A DNA stretch of 64,000 bases from the human T2T-CHM13v2.0 reference genome, Homo sapiens (GCF_009914755.1 NC_060926.1), one strand, 5' to 3'. Shown: positions 1-11,965, counted from the first letter of the stretch. Numbers and translations: made by a program. Notes: generated by a model from the sequence alone, not told the origin.

Positions 1-2066
1 TTTTTCCCTTTGCTATGTCTCATCCAATCCCATCTCTTCTTAGCTGCCTGGGTCATGCACCTGAGCTTTGTTATAATAGTAATTACAATGGTTTTGACAG
101 CCTTATGAATGTAGTTCAGAAAGCAGCTGTCACAGGAATTAGCAAGTTTTGCAAACAGCTCAGCTCTGAGGTGGTAGGAGCCCAGGCCAGGACAGGAGGA
201 GTTAACCGAGATGAGTGGGGTGTTATGCAAAGCACCAAATCCCTAAACTCCTGCGAAGATCTTTGATGGCCGTGATCAATAGATTCTCAGACCACACTGA
301 CATAACCTTGTCATGCCTCAGCAAGGGTACAGTGGCTAAAAAGGCATGGGGAAGTGGAGAGGTGGGAGGAGAGGGGGAGAGTGAGAGGACAGGGAGGGGA
401 TAAAGATATCATGCCCTCCCCTTGCTGGCTCCCCCAGCACCCCCCCTTTCCATACCCACCCCCTCTTCAACAGGCATCACACAGCAAGTGACTGGTAATG
501 GTTCTTTGGCCTTGTATAGCTTTTAAAATCCTTCAGCTGAAGCATCTCAGCTCCAATCGCCAGCAAAGCCTGAGCACCCTTGAGACCCTGGTGCAGATAA
601 TCATCATCCACTCAGTGACAAGAAGCTGAGCGCCGCTTCGGTACCAAGGAGACCGAATGTGGCAGGGCACCAAGGTGCCATCTTAGATGCATCCAGGCAG
701 CAGCAGCACACAGGGAGGTGTATGTGTTTGCAAGTTGTTGGGTTTTTTTTCCTCCTTCTCCTTCTTCTTCTTCATCTTCTCCCTCTGTTCTCTCACCCTG
801 CTCAGAGAATCCTCTTTCTTGAGAGGGATGCCGTTAACTCAGCTGCTCTTAGCATGCTTCCTTTTCCCTGTGCCTGCCGGGCCAAATTCAGCCCTGCAGT
901 CAATACTGTTGGAAAAGAAAATGACATTAATTTGTGTAAAAGTGTAATCCAAAGGTGGGTGAGTGATTTTTCTTGCTTTCAGAGAGATGCAGGTTTGAGT
1001 TTATGATTACATAAACGAGAGCCAGCTGGTCAGCAGCTTCCTACCTTCCACCCAGCACTTCCCCAGTGCTCTTTCTGCCGAGTGACAGCATTACAGTTAA
1101 TGGTGTTGCATTATGTATACAATCCACTGTGGATGGTACAGCTGGCTGGGATGGTCCTGCGGACCAGGGTGCTGATGGGTATTTACATGCCCACTGAAAG
1201 GTGGGAGAGAGAATGTCTAGAAATAGAAGAAAAGCCTTCCCTAATACACACAGAGCCCACACCCCCAGCTGCTCGGAACAGCGGGTACATGTCCAGGTCG
1301 TTTAGATTCCCCTTCTACCTCAGGCCTTGCGCTCACATTTTCCATGCACAGAGCTCCCTGGCAAACTGAAGATGTTCTAAACAAGGACTACTACAGCCCT
1401 TGCACATATTAAAAACAGCTCTCCAAACAGCCCAAAATATTTTAATTCCATTGTCAACTTTCCATCTCACACCTTAACAAGGGGCAGTCCTCAGAGAGGG
1501 ACAGCTCTGAGCAATTGTCCTTTGCAGGCGTGACTTTGTTTAAGGCCAAGTCACCAGGCCTGAAGCCCCTGCCTAGAAGCAGATCGATTTTACTATTAAG
1601 CAGTCAGTCGTGCAAAGGAGACGCAGGCATGGAGGTTTGCGAAAGGAAAGACTGTTCTATTCCCGTCGCCGTGAGGACAGAGGTGGGCATTGCATATGCA
1701 GCTTTGGGATCCCCCGGGGGCGAATGAACATTAGGCACTGACCACCATGCTGAAAGAGGTCACCATAATGAAGCCGGGGGCCTGGGAGAGTGGGAAAGGA
1801 AACCATCTTTGCCATGTAAGAATGGAAAGTTTGCCAGAAACCGAAGCAGGGATTTTAGTATCCCAGAGAGTCTGACGAAACAAAGTTGCGTCTTTAAAAA
1901 GTTATTTAAGGGATTGGCCTTCTGTGGGGACGGAGGAGGTGGTAGCCTGTATGTGAAACCCTGGAGAGAGTAGGGGCAGTTTCAGTGTCTGTCTCTCTCC
2001 AGCTGCTCCCCCCACAGGGAAGAGCTGTCCTTATGTGCTGACCAAAACCTGAATTCACTTAGTTGA

Positions 2067-2185
2067 CTCATTCATTCAATTAAGTTTATTGATCATCTGC
2101 CATATGCTGGGCACTGTCCTAGGTCCTGGGGTTACGACAGCAAACAAAACTAACAAAAATATCTATCCCCGTGGAACTTGCATTC
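2067..2185 (-). mobile_element. L2 LINE 3' end fragment
   Basis: cattcattcaattaagtttattgatcatctgccatatgctgggcactgtcctagg matches the antisense L2 3' terminus. Confidence 0.8.
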
Positions 2186-3245
2186 ATTCCTCCCATAAAG
2201 GACAAAGCCTTTTAGAACATAATGAGAGATGCAAACATTCTTGGGAAAGCTAAGATGTGAGTTACTAAGATCTGTGTTTTCTATGGAATTTTTAATAGGG
2301 CAGAGAGAAAGGAGCCCAGAACACCAGGTTGAGAGGGAAGATAGGAGCTGAGGAAGTGAGTGAGGGTGGGCCAGCCAGGGGATAGGGGAGGAGATAAAAA
2401 AGCTGAAGCCACTGAGGCAGGATTCACCTGACTTTGCAGTTTTGCTGAGGATTAGTGCTGGTCATGAGAAGGTAATTGTGCAAATAGCCATGGGATTAAA
2501 GGCCAAGATTCTGAGTTACCATTATATTTATGAGACAAGTGACTGGTGCACGTCTTCCTCCACTCAGCTATCAGTAAGCCTGGGTCCCAAAACCCAGTCA
2601 AGATGCAGAACTCCAGGGCTCTCAGACACTCAGACCAGCAGAGAAACTGTTCCTAATTGCTAGACACCTTCCTGCCCTGTGTTTCCTACAAATCTCTGAA
2701 ATGCCTGGGACCCCAAGCATGTAGACCAGCACCCCCATTCACTGAGAAAGATCCAGGAATTTGTAAATAACAATTCTTTCCCTAAAATTCTGGTGTGCTG
2801 TTCAAACTCACTGAAAACCTAACCTTCATTCTCACCCACCACAACACCCAAGAAAGCCTCAGATTTCATGTCAACACGCCATGCTTTCCCCTTGTCTTCA
2901 GAATCATTTGGAGTCCTTGAGTCACAAAAAAAAAAAAAACCTGTCTGCACCTGAATCATCCTGCAGCTAGTGCCCGGTTGCAAAGCAGGAGAGTCCAGCA
3001 GCCTCCCTGCCATATGCAATTTCTAGCCCTCTCTTCTCCCAGCCCTGATTCCTTTACCTGAAAGACCACACTCTTTGCTGAGGCCCCTGCCTGCATCATA
3101 ACATGACAGCTTTGGCTGGAGGTATCACCCATTTCCTTCTCTCACTAAAAAAAAATAACAATAAGGAAAATGGGAAATAAAAGTTTTCAAATTACTTCAT
3201 AGGAATCAAATACCACCCCAAAAATAAATCAGTTTCTCTGCAATG

Positions 3246-3247
<2 letters not shown>

Positions 3248-3284
<37 letters not shown>
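3248..3284. repeat. (TG)n microsatellite, about 18 units
   Basis: Perfect GT run read directly. Confidence 0.97.
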
Positions 3285-3286
<2 letters not shown>

Positions 3287-5504
3287 CACGTGCACGTGCA
3301 GCCATCCCAAAACTATTGGCCTGAAAACCTGGCTATCCCACAGATGCCCCTTTCGACATAGCTACATAAAAAGAGGTCAGGTCTCCGTCAGCAGACTGAG
3401 CTCGGTTTGTGTTCTGCCCAGGGTCACTAAAATAAAAGATCATCCAGACAGCTAAAAGAACCAAAGTTTCTCAGCGTGTACACCGCCTAGGGGTGCTGAA
3501 ACGAGGTTGAAAATACAACCGGGAATGTGACTGCTGTGCAGGCTGTGAGATTGTGGCTGGCCCAGGATGCTGAATGCCTCGCTGATATATTGGGTGTGGG
3601 TCTGGTTATGTAGAGACTGTAGCCAAAGAGAAAGACCAGAATACCCAGAGAGAAGAAGAGACAAAAAGAAAGATCTGGAATGTGACCGACTGATTAAGAG
3701 ACACAGAACAAGAGGAATGAAACAAAGAGGAGGGGAAGACAGAGAGTGCCCCCTTTCCCTCAATATCCCTAGGGATTAGAAATGAAACCAAAAGGAATAA
3801 ATTGCCATCCTGCTTGGTGATATTGGAAACTTCTTTTTTCCCTTAAAGGGAGGAAAAGTGGATGATGCCTTCTCTTTATCCAATTTTTAAGTAGTTTTCA
3901 GGAAGCTAAAAAAAAATGCAGACAGGGAAAATACAACAGCAGCAACAGGAGGGAAAAAAAGAACCATGAATGAACTCTGAACTGACTGTGAAAGTTCATG
4001 TGGTAGATCGAATTATTGTGGTTTTAAGACTCTGATTTCTCCTTGCCAATATTTTTTCCTTCCTGCCCCAAAACTTGTTCCCTCAGACCCGCTTTATTGA
4101 ACCTTAGACAATAGTGACCTCAGCATAGAGACATATATCCAGAGAGCCTCCGCCTGAGGCAGGAGATCAGGACGCAAAGGGCAAAGGTTTGGTCTTAAGA
4201 AAAATTTCTCATGGGGTTGGATCACACTGCCTGGTCAAAGATATTTTTCCCCAACAATGTTTTCTCTCTTAAGATGACTGATTTTCCCAGCCAAAGCTTT
4301 TGCTCCCGTTCGGTGGTGTTCGTCTCTTGTGAGTTTGGGTGTAGTTAGCTGCCTTCTGCCACTTCCCATCAAGGCCTTCACTTTTGTAAAGCTGTCACTT
4401 CTCCAGGTCTTGGCCTTGTGGTGTCAGCAAGATAGCCCCGGCCGGACTGCATCAGCTCCTGCCTCCCTGCACCCTCCCCACCTACCTTCCACCCCACCCT
4501 GTGCCTTCCTTAGGGGCTTCATCATCTCTCAAAACTGCTGGGTTATGTGTGGGCCAATGGGAAGGTATTTGTTAGTTGCAAATGTTCAAATTAACACTTA
4601 TTCCTGTCTCTGAGTCTGCAGGGAAAATCAAGCCTGACTACTAATTACAGCTTTTGGGGGTGAAAATAAACAGGAATGTGGCAAGTCTAGGCCTTAGTGC
4701 AGAAGAAAATTATCTTTATTTGCTTAGAGCATTTTGACATTTGAGGCCCAAAATCTGGAGAGAGGAGCCTGAAGCAGAAAGGGACCTTATCTTGCCCCAT
4801 TGAGGGGTGGAGGGGTAGAAAGCATGGTGTATTCAGGCCTTGCCACTACACTTAGGGTATCAGAGTTCCAGGGCAGCCTCACTCTTCTTTGCCAGACTTT
4901 TTATAGTGGCAAAGGTGAGGCAGAGGTGGGGAGGAAGTTGTCCCAGGAGCCAATGGAAGGTCAGTTGAAGATGCGTGAGCACCATCATCACTGCCCAACA
5001 AGCTGGTCCCTTTCTACTGAGCACAGTCAGCCTTCTGTGCCTGAAACAGACCTAGCCTTCCCACTACCACCTACAAAGAGTTTTCTGACTATTCCATCCC
5101 TAGAAATCTCTTGCCCTTCATTTTTTGAAGCAGTATCTTCTGCCACCCTTTTGCCAATGTGATTGCTTTGTAGAGTTGGCTAACTTTTATTTATACTTTT
5201 CAGCCCTGATGAGATTTTTTTCAATCTGGGAAATATTATCTTCAGTCTCGGGAAATTCTCAGCCCCTATACCCTCAAATATTTTGTCTGCATCTTCTTCT
5301 CTGTTTCCTTCTCTTGGGACCACTATTAAATTTATATTGGGGCATTTTGATCTGTCCTCCAGATCTCTTCACTTCTTTTGCATGTTTTTCATCCCTTTAG
5401 CTCCTTATGTCACATCTTGAAACATTTCTTCAGCTCAGTCTTCCGGTTTCCTAATTCATTTTTTGCTGTGTACAATAGGCTATTTATCCCACTGTATGTT
5501 TTTA

Positions 5505-5978
5505 AATGTACCTGCAAAGTCTTTCCTCTAGGAAGTGGAATCTAATTCTTCTCGAGTTAGGTCTAGTTTTGATGACGGATCTAATTAATAGAATATGGTG
5601 GAAGAGACAGTGTGTAAATTCCAAGACTTCATCATAAAAAACCTTATGCTTTCTTAATCCTTGCTGTCTCTACGATCACATACTCTAGAAGAAGCCGCTG
5701 CCATGTTGTATGACTACATCAAGCAGCACTATGGGAACTGAGGCCTTTGGCCAACAACTACATGAATGAACCATCCTAGAAGCAGGTTCTTCGGCCCCAG
5801 TCAAGACTTCAGATGACTGCAGAGTTTGGCTCATGTATTAACTATAACCTCATGAGAGATCCTGTACTAAAATCAACCAGCTAAACTATGCCTGAATGAT
5901 GACACAAAGAAACTATGAAATAATAAGTGTTTACTGTTTTAAGCTACTAATTTTTAGCATGATTTGTTAACTAAAACA
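5505..5978 (+). mobile_element. MaLR solo LTR, MLT1F-like
   Basis: gccgctgccatgttgt...gaactgaggcc...ccccagtcaagacttcagatgactgcag...aataagtgtttactgttttaagctactaa is typical MLT1 body and 3' end. Confidence 0.8.
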
Positions 5979-6334
5979 CCCATGGACTAAATTATTTTAT
6001 TCTAATAACTATTTCTTCATTTATGAAGTTTCTAATCTTTTCCTAACCACCTGTTCTTTTTTCACTGTGTTCTGTTCTTATTTCATCATATCTGTGTCCT
6101 CACTTATCTTTGAAAACATTTAGCTAATTTTTTGTTTTCTTTTTCTTTTTTTTTTAGATTGCTCTATTATCTCTTTTCCTTGGATGTTGGTTCCTCCATT
6201 TTCTGAATTTGTTACTCATCTTTCATGGTGTTGAACTTCCTGGGCATTTTGTAATTTTTGTTTGTGAACTTATCTTTTAGGAAAATTGACTGATACGTGT
6301 GTGTGTGTATATATCAACATATACTCAGTATATG

Positions 6335-6452
6335 TTGATGCCTAGTACATAGCAGGTACTGTTCTCAACACTGAAAACACAAAAATGACCAAGGCCCCAC
6401 AGGGTTCACTGGCTAATGGAATGACAGACATGTAGACACATAACTGTAATAA
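6335..6452. repeat. 118-bp dispersed direct duplicate of 7930-8047 (L2-derived)
   Basis: Ungapped manual alignment gives 11 mismatches in 118 bp. Confidence 0.95.
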
Positions 6453-7289
6453 TATACAGTATGTATATTGTTTGTTTATATTACATATACATTCTAAAAA
6501 CCCAAGGCAGTTTTAAGGAGGATTTGATACTAAGGCTCAGGCTTCTCACCTCAAAGTAATCTGCTCACTGGCCCTGGCCCTGAACACACAGGATGATGCC
6601 AAGATCTTGTCATGCTGGGTGGCATTCCTCAGACCCTTAGCCATAAGCCTAGGCACAAAAGCAAGGTGTTTCTGCTGCCCCCTCCCACCTTTAATGGGGA
6701 GTGTGTTTTCAGGCCTTAGCTCTACACAGGTTGTATAATTACAGCCCCAGGTTCTCCAGCTAATGGGATTCCAGTTGGAGTCCGTTGATTAGTCCACTTT
6801 GATTCCCACTCCCCACAAGCCTAACAGCTAAGGCCTCCAAATTCCAGTATGACCTTTGTGTTAAATTACTTTAGAGAAACCTCTCCATATCTGATAATGG
6901 AAATTTACTCTTGTTTAAGAATGGCTATGTGCTTGTAAAACTTTTCTCTTATCATTTGTGAGTATTCAAGGTAGAAAGGGGAGGCTGCAGCCTGTGGCCA
7001 ATGTATTTGCCTTATACCAGAAGTCGTATTTGCTAACTTTCCACATTTATTTTTCCTCTCTCCCCAATCCCACCTTAAGCTTCTAAAAGTCAGGGACAAG
7101 CTCATGCTCCTTTTTCTTATTCTTCTTCTAACTGGAAGAGAATAATGCGTTAAACATGGAAGCTGCTCTAAATATTTTTGATTGACTGACAGTTAAGGGG
7201 ATGACATGATGGGGCAATCTGGGAAGAAAAAGAAATAATATTTTATCAGGCCTTGTGACCCTTAGGTCTCAAGTTTGGAACCCTCTAAG

Positions 7290-7425
7290 TAGGTTGTTCT
7301 TAAGCTTTTCTGGATCATATACACTTTGAAAACCTAATTAGATCTCTGCAGAATAAAAAAAAATGTGCAACACACAAATTCATAAAATTCTGCATTCTAT
7401 TTCAGGAATCTAAGCAGTTTAAAAA
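7290..7425. mobile_element. hAT-Charlie MITE fragment (MER103-like)
   Basis: ttcttaagcttttctggatcatatacactttgaaaacct...aaaatgtgcaacacacaaat...tctgcattctatttcagg resembles MER103C. Confidence 0.6.
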
Positions 7426-7909
7426 AAATCTTAAAAAATAAAAATGTTTCTTCTTTTGGTGGTGTGAGTTATTTTTTTCCTGCTGCTTACCAAGGATGCT
7501 TTTTTAAATCATTAGGAATAACCCTGTCCAGTGTCTTCTCTGACAGTTGCGGAAGCTGAGGGCTTGCAAGCCTGTGTGGGGGCAGCCAGAGCAAATATTG
7601 GACTGACTGCTTGCTACATGTAGCTTCAGGTCCAACTGCTTTCCATGATCTAGACTGCTTCTCCTCCTAATGTTAAGAACAGGTACACCACTATGTGGTA
7701 GCATCACAAAAAAAAGTTAGAATTGACTTTAATCTTGTCAACAAAGGATGATAATTTGTTACAAATATGGAACACATACTTCACTTGTTCTACAAATAAT
7801 CTTTGTACCTGATCTTTTGTTGTGGATCAATAAAGTCAACTGGTAAAAAAGGGACCTGCCTCAGGCCCCTTAGCCAGCTGAGCTCATGCCATGCTCCCAT
7901 CTGTTCAAG

Positions 7910-8330
7910 GTCAATCCAACCAACATTTATTGATGCCTAGTATATACCAGGCACTGCTCTCAACACTGAAAACACAAAAATGACCAAGGCCCCACAGGGT
8001 TCGCTGGCTAATGGGATGGCAGGTGTGTAGACACATAGCTGTAATAAAAGAGAAGTGCTGAACTAGAGGTCTGCACAAAATAGAGGCCCAAAGCAGGGGC
8101 TTTTAACTCAGTGCGTTTGTGATGGGGAGGCAGGAGGGGTTGACTAGTGCTGCGGAGAAGGGAGTCAGTGGCAAAAGATAAGGCTAGAATAATTGATAGA
8201 GGCTAAATTCTAGAAAATTTGTTTTGCCATGTCAAGGACTTAAGATTGTATCCTGAAGGTAATGGAGGAGTACTGAAGAATTTTACATAGGAAAGGAACA
8301 CACTCAGATTTCAATTTAAAAAGACTCTTC
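7910..8330 (-). mobile_element. L2 LINE 3' portion, probably continuing at 12875-13815
   Basis: caaccaacatttattgatgcctagtatataccaggcactg terminus plus gattgtatcctgaaggtaatggaggagtactgaagaatttta L2 body. Confidence 0.8.
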
Positions 8331-8334
8331 CAGA

Positions 8335-11300
8335 AAAGAAAATTACAGTTAGTTTGAAACAAGTAGAAATTGTTTCAATCACATCCTCAATGCACCCTAG
8401 AACAAATCTAGAGATTAACAAAAATTACAACACTCCTTCCAAAAAATAGTCCCAGCTCCTTAAAAATGTCAAAATTCACTTATGAATAATTTTCAGTTAA
8501 AGAGGAAATAACAGTTCAATTCAGACTACGCAGAAAATTTTATACATGAATTTAGGAGATGCTCTCAAATCCAGAGTCAGAGAAAAAACATACAGCCTTA
8601 AATGGTTTCATCAGTAATTTTAAAAAGATAAGAATAAACTAAAATTTCAAATCAAATAATTTAGAAAAAGTAAATAAGATGCAATTAACAAAAATAAAAT
8701 GGAAGTGAATGTATTTTTAAAAGAAAAAGAATAGAACATAATTTTAAGACAAAAAATAAAAATTCAAAATTAGGAGTAAAAATGTACATAAATCTACAGA
8801 CATGAAAATATTTTTACTTAAACCAGAATTTCATGTGCCACACTACAACAAATCTAAAACATCAAATCTCTGTAAAATAGATAATTTTCTAAGAAAATGT
8901 AGACTACCAAAATTATATCCAAAAGTTGAACAAGCAAATGCTATGGAAGAAATTGGAAAAGTTTGCCAAGAGATTAGAATCGGAAGGTTTTACGGGCAAA
9001 TTCTTTCAAAATTTTAAGAAATCAACTATTCTTTTGTTACATAAAATGTTCCAGACCATATAATTTCTTTAAAGGCTCTCGTTTAATTTGCCAAGTTAGC
9101 ATAATGCCAATACAAAAATCTGACAGAGACAATAGGCAATACAATGTCAATACAAAAATCAGACAAAGCACAATAAAGTCTTACAAAACTTCAGCCAATC
9201 TTATATTAGAATAGATAAAAAGATCAAAGTATATCAAGGGCAGGTTAAGTATGTTCATCATCCCCAATATAGCTGAATTTTTTTCCTGATATTTAGCCAA
9301 TGCAGTAAGACAAGAAATATGAAATGCCAACATTGACAATAAGACCAAATGAACACTGTTTGCATAATCAACAACCCAGAAAACTAAAATTAATAAACCA
9401 TTGAAACTAATTACCCAGTAAACTAGACAATTACAAAATAAATATATCTAAAACAATAGCTTCTTAAATAACAACAATAGCCACCTAGTAAATATAATGG
9501 TTAAAGGGGTCCATTTCAAATAGCAACAAAAATATAAAGTACCTTAAAATAAATTTAACATATGGGACTGCTATAAAGAAAACAACATGCTTTACAAAGA
9601 TCCATAAAGAATATTTGAAACTAGAAATGCTATATCATGAGCATGGAAGATAAGATGTAATACTGAAAGCTATAAATTCTCCCCAAGTTAATGGAGTTTT
9701 ACTCAAAACCACAATGGGAATTTTTAGAATCTGAAAGAAACAAAAGATTCTGACTTTCAAAAATTCTTTTGAAAAATTTAAAATGAGAAGAACTTGAACT
9801 TCATCTGCCAGAACAAATTAGAAATCTAGCAAATAAAACGATGCAGAGTAAAACAGAACAGAAAGCACCAAAACAGACCCAATCAGATAAGGATTTCATC
9901 TAAGAAAATGTGACATTTCAAATCAACAGGAAAAGATAAAATTATTAAGAAGTTGTTTCAGGACAACTATGTAACTATTTGGAAGAAAATGTAAATTCAA
10001 TCCTTACTTCACATGGCATGCCAAAATTTCAAATAAATTTAGAAAATCAAATGTCCAAAATATAATAATAAAAGAACAAAAACATAGGTGAATATTGATC
10101 TGATGGTGAATATGAAAAAGTTTTCTATAAATAAAATTAGGAAGGATGGTAAGCAGAGAGAAAGGGAAAGAGAGAAGAAATATTAATAGACTTAACTATA
10201 ACAAAGTTACTTCTAGAAATAAACATGACATATACAAATGCCAAAGACAAATACTAACTTGATTTAAAAAATTTGCAACATATAACAGTTAATATGCTGA
10301 TAACCAGCTTTAGCAAATATATATATGAAAAATTAAAATATTGTTAAAAATAGACAAATGGCATGAACAAGCAACTCAAAAATGAAAACTGCAAATAATG
10401 TATAGTATTTGAAAAAAAAGTTTAGCTTCAATTATAAGCAAAGAAATTCAAATTAAAACAAGGCACTACATTTTGTTTAATTTCAAAAATTGAAATACCC
10501 AAGGCTGGTGAAGACATAGGGCAATGACTTTTGATACAGTTGACCCTTGAACAACACAGGTTTGAAGTGCATGTATCCACTTATGCATGGATTTTTTCCA
10601 ATATATATTGAAAATCCTTGGAAGATTTTTCAACTATTTAAAAGACTTGCAGAACTGCATAGACTAGAAATACCGAAAAAATTAAGAAAAAGGTATGTCA
10701 TGAATATATAAACCATATGTAGATACTAGTCTATTTTATCATTTACTACCATAAAGTATACATAAATCTATTATAAAAAGTTAGAATTTATCAAGACATA
10801 TGCACACAAATACAGAACATACATGGTATCATTCATAGTCAAGAGATATGTAAACAAATGTGAAGATATAGTATTAAATCAGAGCTGCAAAAAATGAACT
10901 GCAGTACATACTGTACTACTGTAGTCGTTTCATAGATACCTCCTGTTGCTATTGTGGTGACTCAAGTGTTACAAGTATCCACTTAAATCGCCACTGTGTG
11001 ATTCTAATCATCTTCGGGTGAGCAGTTCCTCTCTCCAGTAAATTGTGTATCATAGTGAAAAGTGATCTCTTGTGGTTCTCTCATACTTTTCATCGTGTTT
11101 AGTGCAATGCCATAAACCTCGAATAACACCATGGGATACACACGAAGTGCTGCTAGTGATGCTGGAAGTACTCCCAAGAAGCAGAGAAAAGTCGTGACAT
11201 TACAGGAAAAAGTTGGATTGCTTGATATGTGCCATAGACAAGGTCTGCAGCTGTATTTGCCTATTTCAGACAAACAATTCATCTTGTAAACAGATGATGT

Positions 11301-11965
11301 CATCTTACATTATCAGTAAATACAGCACAGTACTGCAAATGTCTTTTCCTTCTGATCTTTTTAATAACATTTTCTTTTCCCTAGCTTACTTTATTGTAAG
11401 AATATAGTATATATACATATAACATAAAAATATGTGTTAATCAATCATTTATGTTATCAGTGGGGCTTCTGGTCAACAGCAGGCTGTTAATAGTTAAGTT
11501 TTCAAGGAGTCAAAAGTTATACCTGAATTTTTCAAGTGCACAGGCCATCAGTGCCCCTAACCCCCATATTTTTCAAGAATCAACTGTATATTCTGTTAGC
11601 AGAGCTTTATATTAATACAACACTTCTGAGGGGCAATTTAGTAATATGTATCAAAAGCCACACAAATATCCACCCTTTTGACCCAGGTTTTCTACCTCTC
11701 AAATTTTACGCTAAGAAAATGATCAAAGCTGCTTACAAAGATATGCAAACAAGAATATTCTTTGCAGTATTACGTCCATAAAGGAGAGTTTGAACCCTCT
11801 AAAATATATAATAGGGCCTCGATTATGTGACTTGCAGCACATTCAACTATACACTCATGAAAATTTTTATTGCAGATTCTCTAACAGCATAAGAAAATGT
11901 TCAAGATACTTAAAGAGAATGTTACAAAAGAGTATGCATAATATAATCTTAATCGTGCTTTAAAA
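8335..11965 (+). mobile_element. Old L1M ORF2 and 3' remnant, split by Tigger2 at 10537-11586
   Basis: A-rich; ORF 8802-9017 contains NLCKIDNFLRKCRLPKL, resembling L1 ORF2p NLEEMDKFLDTYTLPRL; L1 3' text resumes after the Tigger (cttctgagggcaatttagtaatatgtatcaaaa...ccttttgaccca). Confidence 0.8.
10537..11586 (+). mobile_element. Tigger2-family internal-deletion DNA transposon (about 1050 bp, Tigger2b-like)
   Basis: TIRs cagttgacccttgaacaa and tttttcaagaatcaactg; TA TSDs at 10535-10536 and 11587-11588; transposase N-terminal remnant MGYTRSAASDAGSTPKKQRKVVTLQEKVGLLDMCHR from 11131. Confidence 0.92.

Larger units (their letters stand above)
5165..7026 (-). mobile_element. Old L1M/L1ME (or HAL1-like) 5'/ORF1 remnant, interrupted by an MLT1 LTR and a duplicated L2 segment
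   Basis: T-rich antisense L1-like text (gggaaattctcagcc...tcaaatattttgtctgc...ttcttcagctcagtcttcc); ends in ccagaagtc, like an antisense L1M 5' end; boundaries approximate. Confidence 0.6.

Noticed and set aside
701-720. cagcagcacac resembling the miR-497/miR-15 family 5' end
   Set aside because: The match ends after 11 nt and there is no hairpin partner arm.
659-1006. 115-aa ORF with a hydrophobic, signal-like stretch
   Set aside because: It has a non-ATG start, the hydrophobic run comes from a CTT/CT-rich tract, and I see no recognisable homology; kept only as an exon-shaped candidate.
3243-3455. CVCVCV and HTHTHT ORFs (also at 32497, 49948-50499 and 53010-53276)
   Set aside because: These are translations of (TG)n/(CA)n microsatellites.
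3481-3500. CTCF-like motifs (ccgcctaggggtgctg; also about 38232 and 38632)
   Set aside because: Each is one base short of the CCASYAGRKGGCRS core spacing, so I cannot support them without a PWM scan or ChIP data.
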